DNA of 64,000 nt. It comes from Candidatus Levyibacteriota bacterium. GTDB lineage: Bacteria; Patescibacteriota; Microgenomatia; Levybacterales; UBA12049. Numbering within the stretch: the stretch's first letter is position 1; each line of letters opens with the position of its first letter. The stretch is from positions 5,510 through 69,509 of the forward strand of contig JBDRBE010000004.1 of the NCBI GenBank assembly GCA_043823085.1, in the 5' to 3' direction. The position numbers were made by a program, and so were the translations under genes. The notes under the pieces were generated by a model. It was not told the origin of the DNA and did not search any database. It was given only the letters and a program-made list of their open reading frames with translations. Shown piece by piece: positions 46,483 to 55,605 of the stretch.

Positions 46483-48100
46483 ATACATATTATTAGTATT
46501 AATAATTAGTTTCTTTTCGGTCCTGGCATTATTGCCTCACGGTTTGCTGCCAACCCATGATGGCGAGTATCATGTCATAAGATTTTACGAGTTTGATAAA
46601 GTTTTACGAGACGGAAATTTTTATCCGAGATGGGCTCCCGATTTAAATAATGGTTTTGGCGTGCCGCTTTTTAACTATGTTTATCCGTTGCCAAATTACT
46701 TTGCTTCTTTGCTTCATCTCTTTGGGATAAGTTTTATTGATTCCTTTAAGCTAAACATGTTTTTTGCATCGATTTTTGGAACTATATTTTTCTATCTTTG
46801 GACAAGACGATTTTGGGGAAATTTGGGAGGTGTTGTTTCTTGCGCCTTCTATTCGTTTTCTCCATATCGGTTTGTTGATGTTTACATTAGGGGGTCTGTA
46901 GGTGAAATTTGGGCGCTTGCTTTTTTCCCGGCCTTTCTTTGGTCAATAACCAATTTCATAAAAACAAAAAGCATGAAGGATTTTGTTCTGTCAAGTTTAT
47001 TTTTATCGGCATTAATTTTTTCTCATAATATCTTGGCGTTAATGTTTTTCTTTTTCTCAATGTCGTATGTAGCCTTTTTAATTTTAAAAGAAGAAAATAA
47101 AAAAGATGTAGTATTAAAAATTTTACTCATAATATTTTTAGGATTAGGTTTGTCTTCGATTTTTTGGCTTCCGGCAGTTTTAGAAACAAAGTTCGTTACA
47201 GGGCTTCAGATTTATAATGTAAAAGAAAATTTTCCAGATCTTTTTGCGCTTTTAATTCCATCTTGGGGGTCGGGTTTTTCAGGGGGAAGTCTTCAAAATC
47301 AAATGTCTTTTCAAATAGGGATTGCTAATTTGTTTGCAGTTTTTTCATCTGTAATTATTTTGGTTTTATCGATAAGGAAAAAAGCTGAATACAAAAGCTC
47401 AATATTCTTTTTTCTAACTTGGTTTGTAATTACATTTTTTTTGATGCTTAAAACTTCCTTGCCGATTTGGGAAAAAGTTCCTTTTATGGATTATTTCCAA
47501 TTTCCTTGGCGTTTCTTGAGTCTTGAAATTGTTGTAGCGTCTTTTCTAGCAGGTAGTATCGTAAAAGCCCACAAGCCAAAATTACTGGCGGCATTTTTTA
47601 TTATTTTAGTTTTTTTGTTAGGCATAGGATATGCAAAACCAGCTTATTATTTTAACAGAGATGATAATTATTATGTGACTCGTTCTAATTTTATAGACGG
47701 GACAAATAGTCCGGGAAATTTTTTCAACACAATTTGGATGAATAATCAGTTGGCAAAACAAAAAGAAAAAATTATTCTCAAAAAAGAAGACGGAGAAATT
47801 AATTCGTTTAAAATTAAGTCAACAATTTACGAGTTTAATGTTTTTATAAAAAAAGATTTAAAAATTGCTGTAAATACTGCTTATTTTCCGGGTTGGATTG
47901 CTACTGTTGATGGAAGAAACGTTGAAACGTTTTACGATAAAGACGGACTTCTTACTTTTTCCGTTCCCAAGGGAAACCATAATATAATGGTTAGGTTTTC
48001 AGAAACGCCAATTAGAAAAATCGCATTAGTTTGGACTTTAACATCAATTTGTCTATTGGCTTTATTTGGTGTAAGCCGCTATGTTAAAATTAAAAAATGA
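46460..48100 (+). CDS. YfhO-related large membrane protein, family B (B4)
   Basis: PTHDGEYHVIRFYEFDKVLRDGNFYPRWAPDLNNGFGVPLFNYVYP; C-terminal YFPGWIATVDGRNVE..VPKGNHNIMVRF plus a terminal TM. Start uncertain: ATG 46460 chosen; the ORF begins at 46424. Confidence 0.6.
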   Translation: MARFLKFKYILLVLIISFFSVLALLPHGLLPTHDGEYHVIRFYEFDKVLRDGNFYPRWAPDLNNGFGVPLFNYVYPLPNYFASLLHLFGISFIDSFKLNMFFASIFGTIFFYLWTRRFWGNLGGVVSCAFYSFSPYRFVDVYIRGSVGEIWALAFFPAFLWSITNFIKTKSMKDFVLSSLFLSALIFSHNILALMFFFFSMSYVAFLILKEENKKDVVLKILLIIFLGLGLSSIFWLPAVLETKFVTGLQIYNVKENFPDLFALLIPSWGSGFSGGSLQNQMSFQIGIANLFAVFSSVIILVLSIRKKAEYKSSIFFFLTWFVITFFLMLKTSLPIWEKVPFMDYFQFPWRFLSLEIVVASFLAGSIVKAHKPKLLAAFFIILVFLLGIGYAKPAYYFNRDDNYYVTRSNFIDGTNSPGNFFNTIWMNNQLAKQKEKIILKKEDGEINSFKIKSTIYEFNVFIKKDLKIAVNTAYFPGWIATVDGRNVETFYDKDGLLTFSVPKGNHNIMVRFSETPIRKIALVWTLTSICLLALFGVSRYVKIKK

Positions 48101-49164
48101 AAGTTGCTATTGATATATCGCCTCTCAAGTCAGGTCATAAGGTGAGAGGAGTGGGGTTTTATTTAGAAAATTTAAAAAAATCACTTGTTGAATACGAAAA
48201 TTCTATTGAGTATGTTTTTTTTGATGAAGAAAAAGAAATACCTAATAATATTGATCTTGTTCACTATCCTTATTTTGACCCCTTTTTTTTAACATTACCA
48301 ATATTCAAGAAATACAAAACTATTGTTACAGTTCACGATTTAACTCCTCTTGTTTTCCCCAAAGCTTTTCCGAAGGGATTAAAAGGGAATATTAAATGGC
48401 AGATGCAAAAGATAGCGTTAAGAACAACCTGTGCAGTTATCACTGATTCCAAAGCTTCAAAATCAGATATCGTAAAGTTTACAGGAATAAATGAAGAAGA
48501 AATTCACGTAGTTTACTTGGCGGCAGGGGAAGAATTTATGAAGATGGAAGATGCCCGCCTGCCGGACGGGCAGGGAAGATGGAAGATGGAAATTAGAAAA
48601 AAATATAATTTGCCAGAGAAATTTGTTTTATATGTTGGAGATGTGACATGGAATAAGAATTTGCCAAGACTAGTGGAAGCTTTGAAGAAAACCAATTTAC
48701 CCTTGGTTATGGTTGGTAAAGCAATTGCAAGTAATGATTTTGATAAGAATAATTTTTGGAATTCTGATTTGACTAAAGTTCAAAATTTAATAAAAGGTGA
48801 TGAAAGATTTTTAAGGCTTGGATTTGTTCCTACAATTGATTTAGTTTGTCTTTATAATCTTGCAACTGTTTTTGTTATGCCATCTCTTTATGAAGGTTTT
48901 GGGTTACCGGTATTGGAAGCCATGAGTTGTGGTTGTCCAGTTGTGACAACGAAAGAGGGTTCATTAAAAGAAATCGCCGGGGATGCGGCGTTTTTTGTTG
49001 AAGCTTACGATACGGAAAGTATTGCAGACGGAATTAATAAAGTTTTTAGCGATAAGTTAATTCAGGAGAATTTATCTAGAGAAGGGTTAGTTTGGGCTAA
49101 AAATTTTAAGTGGAAAAAAACAGCTAAAAATACAGCCGCTGTTTATAAAAGTTTAACTTCATGA
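48097..49164 (+). CDS. GT4-family glycosyltransferase carrying a GC-rich in-frame insertion
   Basis: YEGFGLPVLEAMSCGCPVVTTKEGSLKEIAGDAA is the GT4 signature. It contains the palindromic insert at 48554-48575. Confidence 0.75.
   Translation: MKVAIDISPLKSGHKVRGVGFYLENLKKSLVEYENSIEYVFFDEEKEIPNNIDLVHYPYFDPFFLTLPIFKKYKTIVTVHDLTPLVFPKAFPKGLKGNIKWQMQKIALRTTCAVITDSKASKSDIVKFTGINEEEIHVVYLAAGEEFMKMEDARLPDGQGRWKMEIRKKYNLPEKFVLYVGDVTWNKNLPRLVEALKKTNLPLVMVGKAIASNDFDKNNFWNSDLTKVQNLIKGDERFLRLGFVPTIDLVCLYNLATVFVMPSLYEGFGLPVLEAMSCGCPVVTTKEGSLKEIAGDAAFFVEAYDTESIADGINKVFSDKLIQENLSREGLVWAKNFKWKKTAKNTAAVYKSLTS
48540..48588. repeat. GC-rich hairpin (cccgCCTGCCggacgGGCAGGg) flanked by 13-14 bp direct repeat (g)aagatggaagatg, in-frame within a GT4 CDS
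   Basis: Direct repeat at 48541-48553 and 48576-48588 with a 6-bp stem / 5-nt loop hairpin between them. Encodes KMEDARLPDGQGRWKMEI. Structure resembles a target-site duplication. Confidence 0.6.
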
Positions 49165-50426
49165 AGAAAAAAATCCTTTATTTAATCAAGAACCCTTTAA
49201 TTTCTGGCAGTACAATTATTTTTTTTGGTTTGGGATTGGCTAATCTTTTGAACTATTTTTTTAATTTGAGCATGGGGAGACTGCTTTCAGTTTCAGACTA
49301 TGGCACATTAGGTTCTTTAATATCAATCGTTAATATTTTTAATATTGTAGCATTGACGATAACCGTTGTTTTTACTAAATTCACAGCTTCCTTTTTGGGT
49401 CAAAACAAAGAAACAAGTATTCCGCTCCTTTTTCGTAAAGGAACGCTTTGGATTGGTGCAATAAGCTTATTTATTCTAGTGGTGCTCGTTATTTCATCTG
49501 GTCAAATTGCGCATTTTCTAAACATAAAAGATAAATTTTTAATAGATATAATTTCTTTAGCAGTTTTTTTCCTTTTGCTTCTTGCGGTCGTATTCGGTAT
49601 TGTTCAGGGACTTCTTAAATTTACTTTTTATTCAATCTCCAATATTTTAGTTTCTCTTGTTAAATTAGTTTTAGGTGTTGTTTTAGTTTTTTTAGGATTT
49701 CGGGTATTTGGTTCAGTATTGGCAATTATGGTCTCGTTAGCATTGGGATATTTTTTCACTTTTTTCTATATCCGCCGTTTTTTTCTTAAAAATAAAACAA
49801 AAGATTTTGCAATCCCTAATTTAGCAAGCACGCTTTCAGGCTACGGAATTCCTGTGCTTTTGGCAAATCTTGGTATAATTTCCATTATTTCAATGGATCT
49901 TATTGTTGTAAAACACTTCTTTTCGGATACTATTTCCGGTCAATATGCGGCACTATCTCTGATGGGGAGGTCGATATCCTACGTGGTTACTCCAATTCTT
50001 CTTGTGCTTTTTCCTCTTATTGCACAAAAAAAAGAACGTCGGGAAAAATTACTTGGAACGGTTTTCCTTTCGGCGCTTCTCATTGGAGTACCTTCAATAT
50101 CCTTAAGTGCACTATATTTTTTATTCCCAAATATCGTTTTAAAGATTTTTTTCCCCGCACAAGCATATGCAACACTCGCTCAATTTCTAGGTCCTTTTTC
50201 TATTTTTATTCTTTTTTACACATTTGCATCACTTCTAAACAGTTTTTATCTGTCAATTGGAAAAACTAAAGTGTTTATTTTTAATCTTATTGCTCTTTTT
50301 TTGGAAATCTTATTTATTACTTTTTTCCATGCAAATATTTCTCAAGTGGTTACAGGGTTAATTGGAATATCTTTTTTACTTCTTTTAGCGCTTTTGCTAT
50401 ACTACCCACATGCAACAAAAAAATAA
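49161..50426 (+). CDS. Wzx/MOP-family flippase-like membrane protein
   Basis: 421 aa, about 12-14 TM segments. Paralog of 51221 (shared PLISGSTIIFFGLGLANLLNYFFNL / PIISGSIIIFLGATLASFFSFLFNL N-termini). Confidence 0.65.
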   Translation: MKKKILYLIKNPLISGSTIIFFGLGLANLLNYFFNLSMGRLLSVSDYGTLGSLISIVNIFNIVALTITVVFTKFTASFLGQNKETSIPLLFRKGTLWIGAISLFILVVLVISSGQIAHFLNIKDKFLIDIISLAVFFLLLLAVVFGIVQGLLKFTFYSISNILVSLVKLVLGVVLVFLGFRVFGSVLAIMVSLALGYFFTFFYIRRFFLKNKTKDFAIPNLASTLSGYGIPVLLANLGIISIISMDLIVVKHFFSDTISGQYAALSLMGRSISYVVTPILLVLFPLIAQKKERREKLLGTVFLSALLIGVPSISLSALYFLFPNIVLKIFFPAQAYATLAQFLGPFSIFILFYTFASLLNSFYLSIGKTKVFIFNLIALFLEILFITFFHANISQVVTGLIGISFLLLLALLLYYPHATKK

Positions 50427-51210
50427 TCTTGTTTCTCTTATTATCCCTGCATTTAAGCAAGAAAAAACGATAAAGAAAGATCTTATACGTATCAAAAACG
50501 TTATAGATCAATTAAGATATGAATACGAAATTATTGTTGTTGTTGATGGCCGTCTTGATAAAACCTTTGAAAAAGCTTCAGAAATAAAATCTGAGAAAAT
50601 AAAGGTTATTGGTTATCAGAATAATTATGGCAAAGGACATGCTGTTAGATTTGGTATGGCAAAGGCAAAAGGGGATATAGTTGCTTTTATTGATTCGGGG
50701 ATGGATATTAATCCTAATGGTTTATCGATGCTTTTGGAGCACTTTGAATGGTATAATGCGGATATTATTGTTGGATCAAAGCTTCATCCTGTTTCAAAAG
50801 TAAGTTATCCACCTTACAGAAAAATCTTATCTTTCGGGTATAGAATTTTGGTAAGAATACTTTTTGGTTTATCAATCAAAGATACTCAAGTTGGGATGAA
50901 GTTCTTCAGAAGAAAAGTCTTGGAAGATGTTCTACCGCGGCTTTTGGTTAAAACATACGCTTTTGATATTGAAATATTAGCAGTTTCTTATTATCTTGGA
51001 TATAAAAGAATTTTTGAAGCTCCTATAGAGCTTGATTTTGGCGGAGAAACATCCATCGTTTCAAAAGGTTTTTGGCGAACAATATTTCATATGCTTTGGG
51101 ATACGCTAGCCGTGTTTTACAGGCTTAAAATTCTAAGGTATTATGATAATAGAAATAAAAGAAAATGGAGATTCGATCCGGATTTAAACTTCAAAATAAA
51201 TCTACAGTAA
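50410..51210 (+). CDS. Family-2 glycosyltransferase, GtrB/ArnC/Dpm1-like polyprenyl-phosphate glycosyltransferase
   Basis: Motifs VSLIIPAFKQE..IIVVVDGRLDKT..GKGHAVRFG..AFIDSGMDINP..QVGMKFFRR. Confidence 0.75.
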   Translation: MQQKNNLVSLIIPAFKQEKTIKKDLIRIKNVIDQLRYEYEIIVVVDGRLDKTFEKASEIKSEKIKVIGYQNNYGKGHAVRFGMAKAKGDIVAFIDSGMDINPNGLSMLLEHFEWYNADIIVGSKLHPVSKVSYPPYRKILSFGYRILVRILFGLSIKDTQVGMKFFRRKVLEDVLPRLLVKTYAFDIEILAVSYYLGYKRIFEAPIELDFGGETSIVSKGFWRTIFHMLWDTLAVFYRLKILRYYDNRNKRKWRFDPDLNFKINLQ

Positions 51211-51220
51211 AGCTTGCCTT

Positions 51221-52480
51221 ATGAAAAAAAAGATACAGTTAGCCTTCAAACACCCCATTATTTCGGGAAGCATTATTATTTTTTTAGGAGCAACACTCGC
51301 AAGTTTTTTTAGCTTCTTGTTTAATCTTTTTATGACCAGAAATCTTTCGGTTGTTGATTATGGAGTATTAGCAAGTTTACTTTCTCTGACTACGTTTTTT
51401 GGATTAGTAGGAGGTGCATTTGTTCCAACCATAGTTAACTTTGCCGGAGGTTATTTTGCAAAAAAAGAATATAACAAAGCTTTCGGACTTTTCAGAAAAC
51501 TTAGTTTTTTTTCTTTTTTTCTTGGTTTTATTATTTTTATTAATTTTTTATTGTTCCAAAAACAAATTGGAAGTTTTTTTAATATTCAGGAGCAATCGTT
51601 AATTCCTCTTATAGGGCTTATGATTCTTTTAGGCTATATGAGCATAGTTAATACCGCATTTCTTCAAGCTAAACTTGCTTTTTCATTCTTATCTTTCAAC
51701 AGTTTCATGTCTGGGTTTTTGAAGCTTTTGTTTGGAATAATATTTATTTTTTTGGGATTTAGAGTAGCAGGAGCCTTGTGGGCGAATACACTTTCAGGGA
51801 TAATACCTTATTTAGTAACGTTTTTAGCCTTGAAATTTCTTTTTTCTTCAAAGGTTGATTCAGCTGTTGAAATTAAGAAAGTCATTTCATATGGTGCTCC
51901 TGCTGCAGTTTCACTTGTTAGCCTATCTTCTTTTGTTACGACTGATATTATTTTAGTAAAACATTTTTTTACTCCGGAACTTGCTGGAATCTATGCCGGC
52001 ATATCTTTAATTGCGAGAATTATTTTCTTTTTTTCAGCTCCAGTTGGAACAGTCATGTTTTCTCTTATAGTTCAAAAACATACTCGAAAAGAAAATTATA
52101 ACGGGGATTTTTTACTTTCTTTGTTTCTGGTTCTTGTTCCTTCGTTATGTCTTAGCCTTATTTATTTCATTTTCCCGCAATTTATATTGTCAGTCTCTAC
52201 AAAGTCAGAGTATGTTAAAGGAGCATCTATGCTTGGAATATTTAGTATTTTTTCGACATTATATGCACTGTTATATTTATTCACAAATTTCTACTTATCA
52301 GTAAAAAAAACAATGATCTTTTTACCTCTTGCTTTTGGAGCAGTTGCTCAAGCAGTGCTTATTTGGTTTTTTCATAGTTCATTTTTTCAGGTTATTTTAA
52401 TTTCCATTGGTATTACCGGATTACTCGTTATCGCTCTTTTTTTACATTACTTCAAATCCTACTTAAAACAGAATAGTTGA
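51221..52480 (+). CDS. Wzx/MOP-family flippase-like membrane protein
   Basis: 419 aa polytopic membrane protein. Paralog of 49161. Confidence 0.65.
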   Translation: MKKKIQLAFKHPIISGSIIIFLGATLASFFSFLFNLFMTRNLSVVDYGVLASLLSLTTFFGLVGGAFVPTIVNFAGGYFAKKEYNKAFGLFRKLSFFSFFLGFIIFINFLLFQKQIGSFFNIQEQSLIPLIGLMILLGYMSIVNTAFLQAKLAFSFLSFNSFMSGFLKLLFGIIFIFLGFRVAGALWANTLSGIIPYLVTFLALKFLFSSKVDSAVEIKKVISYGAPAAVSLVSLSSFVTTDIILVKHFFTPELAGIYAGISLIARIIFFFSAPVGTVMFSLIVQKHTRKENYNGDFLLSLFLVLVPSLCLSLIYFIFPQFILSVSTKSEYVKGASMLGIFSIFSTLYALLYLFTNFYLSVKKTMIFLPLAFGAVAQAVLIWFFHSSFFQVILISIGITGLLVIALFLHYFKSYLKQNS

Positions 52481-52490
52481 ATTAATCCGC

Positions 52491-53081
52491 TTATTTGCTG
52501 ATTTTTACTTTAATAAAATTATTTGTAAAACTAAAAACTTTTTCTCTCAGCAGGAAATAAATAAGATTTCCAATTATTCCAAATAAAATTATCAGTACTA
52601 TTAATTCTAAAGATGTTAAGGTTGTAAAAATATCAGCTGTAAGTTTCTGAAAATTGAAGATAATATCCCATGAATTTAATCTATGCATTCTTCCTAAAAT
52701 AACTCCAAACGAAATTAAAAAAATAAGAATTATTATCAACGTTCTCCTCAAAAGTCGCTTATGTATATAATAGGACAGGAATCCTTCTAAAGGGTATACT
52801 CCATAAATAAATGTCAGAGCACCAATTGTTAAAAAAAGCAAATACTGAATTATAAGTAAAAAAACTTCAAAATTACTTACGAGATTAATCTGTTTAATTA
52901 AATGAATAATATCAGTTAAAATATAGATGGTGTTTGGAAGAAATATTAACCAAAGTAGTCCAAAAATTATCTTAAATATTATTTGGCGAGAATTCATTGC
53001 AATCCAACCCGCTAAAACAGCAAATAATGCTAAGGCGATGTTAAAACTCATCCAAAGTGCGTTTTCAACAAAGATGCTCAT
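52491..53081 (-). CDS. Hypothetical membrane protein (possibly DUF1361-like)
   Basis: 196 aa, 5-6 TM segments, with a GRMHRLNSWDIIFNF block. Family assignment tentative. Confidence 0.5.
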   Translation of the reverse strand: MSIFVENALWMSFNIALALFAVLAGWIAMNSRQIIFKIIFGLLWLIFLPNTIYILTDIIHLIKQINLVSNFEVFLLIIQYLLFLTIGALTFIYGVYPLEGFLSYYIHKRLLRRTLIIILIFLISFGVILGRMHRLNSWDIIFNFQKLTADIFTTLTSLELIVLIILFGIIGNLIYFLLREKVFSFTNNFIKVKISK

Positions 53082-53154
53082 AATTTATTTTAAATGCTAA
53101 TTCTTAATGATGCAAGAAAGAACAACGATAACTTTTTGGGAAGTAATTGTAAGC

Positions 53155-54387
53155 CTATACGATCTTGAAATCTTCGTTTGGAAGTATAAATTTTACGCCT
53201 TGTTTTCTTAAAGCGGCATTTTTATTCAGAATTTCTTCCGCAAAATTCCATGCTAATATTACAACGTAATCAGGAGAATCAGAAAGAACCTTATTTTCGT
53301 GATAAATTGGAACGTGGCTGTTAGGAAGGAATAAGCCCTGTTTGTAAGGCGTGGAATCGACGATATAAGATAAGTCTTTTTTTGTAATTTTACAGTAATT
53401 AAGAAAAGTATTCCCCTTAGCAGGAGCTCCATATCCAACGATTTTCTTTTTCTTTGCTTTTAGTTTATTGATGAGTTTTCTGAATTTTATTTTCCGCTCA
53501 ATAACACTTTTTGCAAATTTTTCGTATGGAGCCAATGTATCCAGTTTGTATAGTCGCTCTTTTTCTAAAAATTTCTCAACTTCAGGATATTTCTCATTTT
53601 CCTTCCTCTTCTTTCTAACGAATACTCTTACAGAGCCTCCATCTAAGTCCATGTGCTCTATATCAAATATTTCAAGACTGGTTAAAGTGAATAATCGAAC
53701 GAGGGGATGAATAGAGAAGTATGATAAATGTTCATGATAAATTGTATCAAACTCACAGTATTCTAAAAAATCAATTAGATATGGAAATTCAATTGTAAAA
53801 ATTCCGTTGTCTGCTATAAGGGTTTCGATACCTTTAATAAATTCCTTAATATTGTCTACGTGGGCAAAGACATTGGTAGCCGTAATAATTTTTGCCTTGC
53901 CATGATCTTTTACAATTTTTTGCGCTGTTTTCTTTGTGAAAAAAGTATTAACAGTATGGATTCCTTTGAGTTCTGCTACTTTTGCAAGATTTACAGACGG
54001 ATCAACTCCCAAAATTCTAATGCCATACTGCATAAAACATTCTAACAGCGAGCCATCATTGCTTCCTATATCTATGACGAGATCTTTAGAGGATGCTTTT
54101 GTTCTGGTTGCAAGGGTTTGAGCCAGTTCGTAAAAATGGTTGATTCTTGTTTTGGAGGCAGATGGAATATATAGATAGTTTTTAAACATTAATTTGCCTG
54201 GAATAATTTCTTTGAGTTGCACCAATAAACACTCTTTACATAAACATAGTGTTAAGGGGTATTTAAGTTCTTTTTTTGATAAGTTTTCCTTACGAACAAA
54301 CCCATTTGCCAAGGGCTGATTACCCAAAGAAAGAAATTTATGTAATTTCCTGTTTTCACAAACACGGCATTGATTCATTTTTCCCAT
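53155..54387 (-). CDS. SAM-dependent sugar C-methyltransferase (TylCIII/NovU-like: N-terminal zinc ribbon + methyltransferase + C-methyltransferase C-terminal domain)
   Basis: N-terminus MNQCRVCEN..LSLGNQPLANGF...LTLCLCKECLLVQL matches this family; SAM-binding motif VIDIGSNDGSLL. Length 410 aa. Confidence 0.7.
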   Translation of the reverse strand: MGKMNQCRVCENRKLHKFLSLGNQPLANGFVRKENLSKKELKYPLTLCLCKECLLVQLKEIIPGKLMFKNYLYIPSASKTRINHFYELAQTLATRTKASSKDLVIDIGSNDGSLLECFMQYGIRILGVDPSVNLAKVAELKGIHTVNTFFTKKTAQKIVKDHGKAKIITATNVFAHVDNIKEFIKGIETLIADNGIFTIEFPYLIDFLEYCEFDTIYHEHLSYFSIHPLVRLFTLTSLEIFDIEHMDLDGGSVRVFVRKKRKENEKYPEVEKFLEKERLYKLDTLAPYEKFAKSVIERKIKFRKLINKLKAKKKKIVGYGAPAKGNTFLNYCKITKKDLSYIVDSTPYKQGLFLPNSHVPIYHENKVLSDSPDYVVILAWNFAEEILNKNAALRKQGVKFILPNEDFKIV

Positions 54388-54477
54388 TATATAGTAACTT
54401 TTTTAAAAAAACAATCTACATCTGCGACATACTTTTATTTTTTTACAGCTATGATATACTTAATCAGTTTCAGGCAG
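54388..54477. promoter_or_regulatory. AT-rich divergent intergenic region between the C-methyltransferase (-) and GT4 (+) genes, with a candidate extended -10 (cTaTGaTATAcT)
   Basis: It is the only sizeable divergent gap in the right half of the window. TGnTATAcT-like element at ~54446-54456. Purely sequence-pattern based. Confidence 0.25.
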
Positions 54478-55605
54478 ATGAGAATTCTTATTTTAAATTG
54501 GAGAGATATAAAAAATCCCTCTTCAGGAGGAGCAGAAATACTTACCCATGAAATAGCAAAATATTTAGCGCAGAAAGGCAACGACGTGGTTTTATTCTCC
54601 AGTAGATTTGAAAGATCAAAATCGAATGAAATTTTAGACGGTGTAAAAATAATTCGTAAAGGTCATACGATTGTTCGATATCTCACACGCTCTGTTCATT
54701 TTTTGGCGTTTCAGGAATATAAAAAATACTTTAAAGGGAATATAGATTTAATTATAGACGAGGTGCATGGATTTCCTTTTTTTACTCCCCTATATGCGAA
54801 AGAAAAAAAAATTGCGTTGGTTTGTGAAGTGGCGGGTAATCTTTGGTTTAAGCTTTTTGGTCCATTTTTAGGTTTGGCAGGATGGCTGGTTGAAAAATTG
54901 TACTTGCGTATAATTTACAGAAATACTCAGTTTATTACAATTTCCGAATCTGCAAAAGAAAGTTTAATAAGAAATGGAGTAAATAAAAAAAACATAAAAG
55001 TAATTCCGATTGGTTTTTCATTTCCAAAACAAACGATTAAAGCATCAAAAGAAAAAGAACCAACTCTAATTTTTTTAGGAAGAGTAGCAAAATCAAAGGG
55101 CGTTGAAGATGCGATTTTAGTTTTAGAGAAATTAAAACATTTTTCCAAAATTAAGTTATGGGTGGTTGGTAAAGGAGATAGCGATTACGTAGAAAGTCTA
55201 AAGAAATTAATAAAAGATTTTGGTTTGAAAGATAAGGTTACATTGTATGGTTCTGTTTCCGATTATAAAAAATTTGAATTGCTTTCCCGAGCATGGATTT
55301 TAATTCATCCTTCTAAAACAGAAGGATGGGGAATTAATGTAATTGAGGCAAATGCGGTTGGAACTCCAGCTGTAGGCTATAACGTGCCTGGGCTAAAAGA
55401 TTCGATTCAAAATAATAAGACAGGTTTGTTGACCGATAAAAATTCAATAGATAGCCTTGTAAATAAAACTGCTCTTTTACTTAACGACAAGGAAATGTAT
55501 GGAAGATTTTCCAGGGAGGTTATTGTTTGGTCTAAGCGATTTGAGTGGCAAAACGCAGGAGAGAAAACGTGGAGTATAATTAAAGAACTTTATGGAAAAA
55601 AATAG
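54478..55605 (+). CDS. GT4-family glycosyltransferase
   Basis: Start taken at MRILILNWRD (ATG 54478); the ORF begins at 54370. IHPSKTEGWGINVIEANAVGTPAVGYNVPGLKDSI is the GT4 signature. Confidence 0.75.
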   Translation: MRILILNWRDIKNPSSGGAEILTHEIAKYLAQKGNDVVLFSSRFERSKSNEILDGVKIIRKGHTIVRYLTRSVHFLAFQEYKKYFKGNIDLIIDEVHGFPFFTPLYAKEKKIALVCEVAGNLWFKLFGPFLGLAGWLVEKLYLRIIYRNTQFITISESAKESLIRNGVNKKNIKVIPIGFSFPKQTIKASKEKEPTLIFLGRVAKSKGVEDAILVLEKLKHFSKIKLWVVGKGDSDYVESLKKLIKDFGLKDKVTLYGSVSDYKKFELLSRAWILIHPSKTEGWGINVIEANAVGTPAVGYNVPGLKDSIQNNKTGLLTDKNSIDSLVNKTALLLNDKEMYGRFSREVIVWSKRFEWQNAGEKTWSIIKELYGKK

